Shown: positions 60,128 to 64,000 of the stretch, in pieces | Layout: each line of letters starts with the position of its first letter | How positions within the stretch are numbered: the stretch's first letter is position 1 | Assembly: GCA_035647075.1 (NCBI GenBank) | Contig: DASROF010000017.1 | Span: 10,718-74,717 of the forward strand | Length of the DNA stretch: 64,000 nucleotides | Direction: 5' to 3' | Origin: Vicinamibacterales bacterium | GTDB lineage: Bacteria; Acidobacteriota; Vicinamibacteria; Vicinamibacterales; UBA2999 | Translations under genes and position numbers: made by a program | Notes under the pieces: model-generated | What the model saw: only the letters and a program-made list of their open reading frames with translations | Databases searched by the model: none | What the model was told of the DNA's origin: nothing

Positions 60128-61216
60128 TCACCGGGCAAGCTCCAGCACCCTGTCCACGATGACTTTCGCGGCGTCCGGCCTCGCCATCTGACGGGCGCGG
60201 GCACTCATCTCGGCGCGTCCGCGCGCGTCGCTCGTCAGCGCTACGACCTCGGTGGCGAGACGCTCGCCGGTCAGTTCGCGCTGGTCGATCATCCGCGCCG
60301 CGCCTTTCGATACGAGTGCCTCGGCGTTCTTGCGCTGATGATCGTCGGTGGCGGTCGGCAGCGGAATGAGGATCGACGGCCGTCCCGACGCAGTCAGCTC
60401 CGCGAGCGTCGTCGCGCCGGCACGGCAGATGACGAAATCCGCGGCCTTCATTTCCCGGTCGATGGCAAACAGGTACGGTTCCACTCTGGCTTCAAGTCCT
60501 GCCCGCCGGTAGCCATCGCGGACCATTTCCACATCGCGCTCCCCTGTCTGATGCGTGATCGCCAACTGTGGTGCGACGGCTGCCAGCCGCGCCGCTGCCT
60601 CCACCATGGCCATGTTGATCGCGTGCGCGCCCTGAGAGCCGCCAAAGACTAGGATCCGAGCCGCACCTGGCGGCTGACTGTGTCCGTCATATGCCCCCCG
60701 TGTCTCGAAGAACTCCGGCCGAACCGGATTGCCCGCGATGAATGCCTTGCTGCCAAAGAACGGAACCGCCTGCTCGTAGGTGACCGCCGCCGCCCGCACG
60801 AGTCTCGCCAGCGCCCGGTTGGTGGCGCCAGGCATGGCGTTCTGCTCCATGAGCAGCGTGGGAATGCCACGCAACGCGGCGAGCATGACCACCGGACCGG
60901 AGCTGTAGCCGCCAACGCCGATCACGACCGACGGACGGGTCTCGCTGAGCACGCGCGCGGCGTCGATCGCCGCGAGCGGCAGCAAGGCAAGGCCGCGCGC
61001 CAGCGCGCCGATCGACTTGCCCTTCAACCCGGCGCTCCGAATCAACTCCAGCGGAAACCCTTCGCGCGGAATGACACGCGCCTCGATGCCTGCCGCCGTT
61101 CCCACAAACGTGACCTTCACGCCAGCGACCCGCGCGAGTAGTTCGCGCGCCACCGCGACGCCCGGGTACAGATGGCCACCCGTGCCGCCGCCGGCAATGA
61201 GAACCGACAGGCTCAC
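60128..61216 (-). CDS. murG: Undecaprenyldiphospho-muramoylpentapeptide beta-N-acetylglucosaminyltransferase
   Basis: IAGGGTGGHLYPG N-terminal motif, a C-terminal GT28 domain, and dcw cluster context. Confidence 0.92.
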   Translation of the reverse strand: MSLSVLIAGGGTGGHLYPGVAVARELLARVAGVKVTFVGTAAGIEARVIPREGFPLELIRSAGLKGKSIGALARGLALLPLAAIDAARVLSETRPSVVIGVGGYSSGPVVMLAALRGIPTLLMEQNAMPGATNRALARLVRAAAVTYEQAVPFFGSKAFIAGNPVRPEFFETRGAYDGHSQPPGAARILVFGGSQGAHAINMAMVEAAARLAAVAPQLAITHQTGERDVEMVRDGYRRAGLEARVEPYLFAIDREMKAADFVICRAGATTLAELTASGRPSILIPLPTATDDHQRKNAEALVSKGAARMIDQRELTGERLATEVVALTSDARGRAEMSARARQMARPDAAKVIVDRVLELAR

Positions 61217-62313
61217 GCATCCGCCGATTCGTGTTGTGAAATGTTCAGAAGCACTCCCACGCCAATCAAGCTGACCAGCAGCGACGATCCGCCGCTGCTG
61301 AGAAGCGGCAGCGGAATGCCCTTGGTGGGCAGCAGCCCGAGCACGACACTCATGTTGATGAACGCCTGTGCCGCGATCATCGTGGTGATGCCGACGGCCG
61401 TCAGCGCGCCGAACTGATCTTCGGCCTTCGCCGCAATCCGTAATCCGCGCCAGGCAATGACACAGAAGCAGAGCAGGGTGACGGTGGTGCCGATCAATCC
61501 AAGCTCTTCGCCGATGACCGCGTAGATGAAGTCCGTGTGCGGCTCTGGCAGGAAAAGCATCTTCTGCACGCTTTCGTGAAGACCGCGCCCAAATACGCCG
61601 CCCGTGCCGACGGCGATGAACGACTGAATGATCTGGAACCCGTCGTGACGCCGGTCGGCCCAGGGATCGAGAAAGGTGAACAGACGAACCATTCGGTACC
61701 GCTCGATCATCAAGCCGGCGGCCAGCAACGGAATTCCCGCAAGCCCCGCGACGAGGATGTGGCGGTAACTCAGGCCCGCCGTAAATACCATTAACGCGAT
61801 GACCATGAGCAGCGACAATGCCGTGCCGTAATCGGGTTCCAGAAAGACCAATCCTGCGAGGACCGCGCCGACAATCGCGATGGGCGGCAGCGAGTACGAG
61901 ACCTCATTGATGCGGTGCATGCGGCGTTCGAGCATCAATGCCGTAAACAGCACGCAGGCGAGCTTCGCGAACTCCGACGGCTGAAAGCCCATGCCGGCAA
62001 TGGACAACCAGCGGTGCGCACCATTGACCGGGCGCGAGAACAGCGTCGCGACGAGCAGAACAGCCAGGCCACCAAGCGCCGTCCAGATCAGCGCTTCGTT
62101 CTTGTAGGAGCGGTAGTCGATGCGCATCGTCAGCGCCAGCATCGCGACGCCGAGGACAGCCCACAGTCCCTGTCGAACCAGGAAGAAGTAGGGGTCCTTG
62201 TAGCGCAGGAGCGCCCACGGTGCGGACGCGCTGTACACCATCACCACGCTCGCGAAGACCATCAGAATGGCCGCGATGAACAGCACGCGATCCGACTTGA
62301 GCTTTCTGGCCAA
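61213..62313 (-). CDS. ftsW: SEDS-family peptidoglycan glycosyltransferase FtsW
   Basis: Polytopic membrane protein with QPSEFAKL, LPEPHTDFIYAVIGEELG and GIPLPLLSSGGSS. TTG start with GAGGTGA upstream. Confidence 0.88.
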   Translation of the reverse strand: MARKLKSDRVLFIAAILMVFASVVMVYSASAPWALLRYKDPYFFLVRQGLWAVLGVAMLALTMRIDYRSYKNEALIWTALGGLAVLLVATLFSRPVNGAHRWLSIAGMGFQPSEFAKLACVLFTALMLERRMHRINEVSYSLPPIAIVGAVLAGLVFLEPDYGTALSLLMVIALMVFTAGLSYRHILVAGLAGIPLLAAGLMIERYRMVRLFTFLDPWADRRHDGFQIIQSFIAVGTGGVFGRGLHESVQKMLFLPEPHTDFIYAVIGEELGLIGTTVTLLCFCVIAWRGLRIAAKAEDQFGALTAVGITTMIAAQAFINMSVVLGLLPTKGIPLPLLSSGGSSLLVSLIGVGVLLNISQHESADA

Positions 62314-62556
62314 TTGACGCTCTCACCTCTACAGGCCATTCTGTGAACGGCCGAGAAACCCTGTGTCCCTGATCGATTAAGATCGCGGACCGCAGTCACC
62401 AGTAGGCCCGTGGAATGGGACACCCACCTCGCCGACACGGGGTAGTCGGCGTTCCCAGCGGCAAGCTCCCATTCGCGCCGGGCCGACTGATGACTGCGGC
62501 CTCAACGACTCGCTCCTGTCCTTCGCTGCATTCGCTCGCTCGGGACCGGCCTTCCT

Positions 62557-63930
62557 CTAGCGCGTGCGGAGTTCCTCCTCAAGCGCACGCACCGCGTCTT
62601 TGAACACTCGACCTCGCTCCGCGTAGTCACGGAACCAGTCGAAACTCGCACATGCAGGCGCCAGCACGACGACGCCCGTACCGTTGGCCAGCTCGTACGC
62701 CTGGCGAACGGCCTGCGGCATCGACCTGGCGTCGCGGACGGCCACGGCGTCGGCAAGCGCGGCATGAACCCGCGGTCCGGCCTCGCCAATTGCCACCACC
62801 GACCCGCCTCGGGCCTGCAGCGGCTCTCGCAGCTCCCGGAGATCGCCGCCCTTGAACTGGCCGCCGACGATCGCGACAACCGGCCCGTCGAAACTCTCGA
62901 TCGACCGGCGCGCCGCTTCGACGTTCGTCGCCTTCGAGTCGTTGACGAAGCGGACGCCGCGGACCGTCGCGACCGGCTCCATCACGTGCTCGAGGCCATG
63001 AAAGCCTTCGAGCGCCGCGCGCATGGCGCGCGGCCTGACTCCGGCAATCGAGGCAACGGCTGCAGCCGCAATCACGTTGTGCAGCATGTGGCGCCCGGTC
63101 AGCTCAACGGCCGAGACCGGCATCAGTCGCTCTTGTGCCGTGCCCGTCCGCTTCACGATCCAGTCGCCGTCGGCGACAAATCCCTGGTCGATGGCGGCGC
63201 TCGGCGAGAAGAGCACGCGCTGCGCGCGCGTGTGCGAGGCCTTCTCCATCACCACGCGGTCGTCCGCGTTCACGACAGCCCAATCCGCCGGCGTCTGCCG
63301 GGCAAAGATCCTCGCCTTTGCGTCGGCATACGCCTCGATGCTCGGATGTCGATCGAGGTGATCCGCCGCGAAGTTCAACCACAGTGAGATCCATGGCCGG
63401 AACGTCGTGGTCGTTTCGAGCTGAAAGCTGCTCACTTCGACAACATGCACCGTTTCTGTCGTTGATTCCTCGACCTGCGCGCTGAGCGGCACACCGATAT
63501 TTCCGCCGACCAGCACCTTGCGCTCCTCGGCCTGCAGCATGCGGCCAATCACGGTCGTCGTCGTCGACTTCCCCTTGGTCCCCGTCACAGCGATAAGCAG
63601 TCCCTTCACCCAACGTGACGCCAGCTCCAGCTCGCCGATCATTTCGATCCCGCGTGCGCGCGCGCCGTCGAACGTCTGCTGTTCGAGCGGGACGCCAGGG
63701 CTCGCCACAATCAGGTCGGCGCCCTCGAGCGTCGACGCGCGATGTCCTCCCAGTTCCAGCTCGACGCCGAGCGCCCGCAGACGATCGGCCTGCTCGAACG
63801 TGGGACGCGTGTCCGTCAACATCACCCGCGCGCCTCGCCGAACGAGGAGCTCTGCCGCGGCGATCCCGCTGCGCGCGGCACCAACGACGACCACGCGCCG
63901 TCCGCTGACCGAGAAATCGCCCTTCGCCAC
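62557..63930 (-). CDS. murD: UDP-N-acetylmuramoylalanine--D-glutamate ligase
   Basis: VVVVGAARSGIAAAELL, GTKGKSTTTT and NDSKATN. GTG start 4 nt after the mraY stop. Confidence 0.92.
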   Translation of the reverse strand: MAKGDFSVSGRRVVVVGAARSGIAAAELLVRRGARVMLTDTRPTFEQADRLRALGVELELGGHRASTLEGADLIVASPGVPLEQQTFDGARARGIEMIGELELASRWVKGLLIAVTGTKGKSTTTTVIGRMLQAEERKVLVGGNIGVPLSAQVEESTTETVHVVEVSSFQLETTTTFRPWISLWLNFAADHLDRHPSIEAYADAKARIFARQTPADWAVVNADDRVVMEKASHTRAQRVLFSPSAAIDQGFVADGDWIVKRTGTAQERLMPVSAVELTGRHMLHNVIAAAAVASIAGVRPRAMRAALEGFHGLEHVMEPVATVRGVRFVNDSKATNVEAARRSIESFDGPVVAIVGGQFKGGDLRELREPLQARGGSVVAIGEAGPRVHAALADAVAVRDARSMPQAVRQAYELANGTGVVVLAPACASFDWFRDYAERGRVFKDAVRALEEELRTR

Positions 63931-63934
63931 CGCA

Positions 63935-64000
63935 TCACCGCAGTTTCAGCGTCGTCAGGCTGAACAACGCAAAGATGATGGCGAGGATGATGAAGCGGGC
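63935..64000 (-). CDS. mraY: Phospho-N-acetylmuramoyl-pentapeptide transferase, extreme C-terminus (rest outside window)
   Basis: The minus-strand frame reads ARFIILAIIFALFSLTTLKLR-stop, which is the typical MraY tail. It lies upstream of murD. Confidence 0.7.
   Translation of the reverse strand, partial: ARFIILAIIFALFSLTTLKLR

Overview
GC-rich bacterial chromosome segment, about two-thirds G+C by eye (not computed). It is most likely Acidobacteriota. This is an inference from two TIGR03435 'soil-associated' domains, a DUF1592/DUF1552 gene pair and several CarboxypepD_reg proteins. I call 56 protein genes, one tRNA (anticodon CAT) and no rRNA, CRISPR array, transposase, integrase or phage genes. 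The right half is housekeeping: mutS2-dnaG-rpoD, the tRNA, rnhA, pgeF/acpS, a radical SAM gene, and a dcw cluster on the minus strand (mraY-murD-ftsW-murG-murC-ftsQ-ftsA-ftsZ). lepA-lepB, hutI, citrate synthase, larB and yaeQ lie in the middle. The left third looks accessory. It holds an outer-membrane barrel/TlpA/DsbD-N-like module, a Vgb-like propeller-cstA-cytochrome c/PQQ propeller operon, DUF1592+DUF1552+secreted ankyrin, BlaI-BlaR1::TIGR03435 plus a TIGR03435 paralogue, and VOC and CarboxypepD_reg proteins. The main observations are: (1) short tandem arrays of period 7 to 9 bp fill at least seven intergenic spacers, and in-frame versions occur in dinG and the ftsZ linker; (2) a 26-nt REP-like hairpin is present twice; (3) the BlaI/BlaR1 module uses a TIGR03435 sensor domain and has no resistance gene; (4) an MprF/AcvB lysyl-PG module is co-transcribed with a Lys/Ala-rich small secreted protein behind a sigma-54-like promoter, next to a divergent HK/NtrC-type pair; (5) yaeQ has a conserved N-terminus that is only reachable from a CTG codon, in frame with the larB stop; (6) a CAT-anticodon tRNA with tRNA-Ile2-like features ends 6 nt before a start codon. 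All functional calls rest on motif recognition by eye, since no searches could be run.
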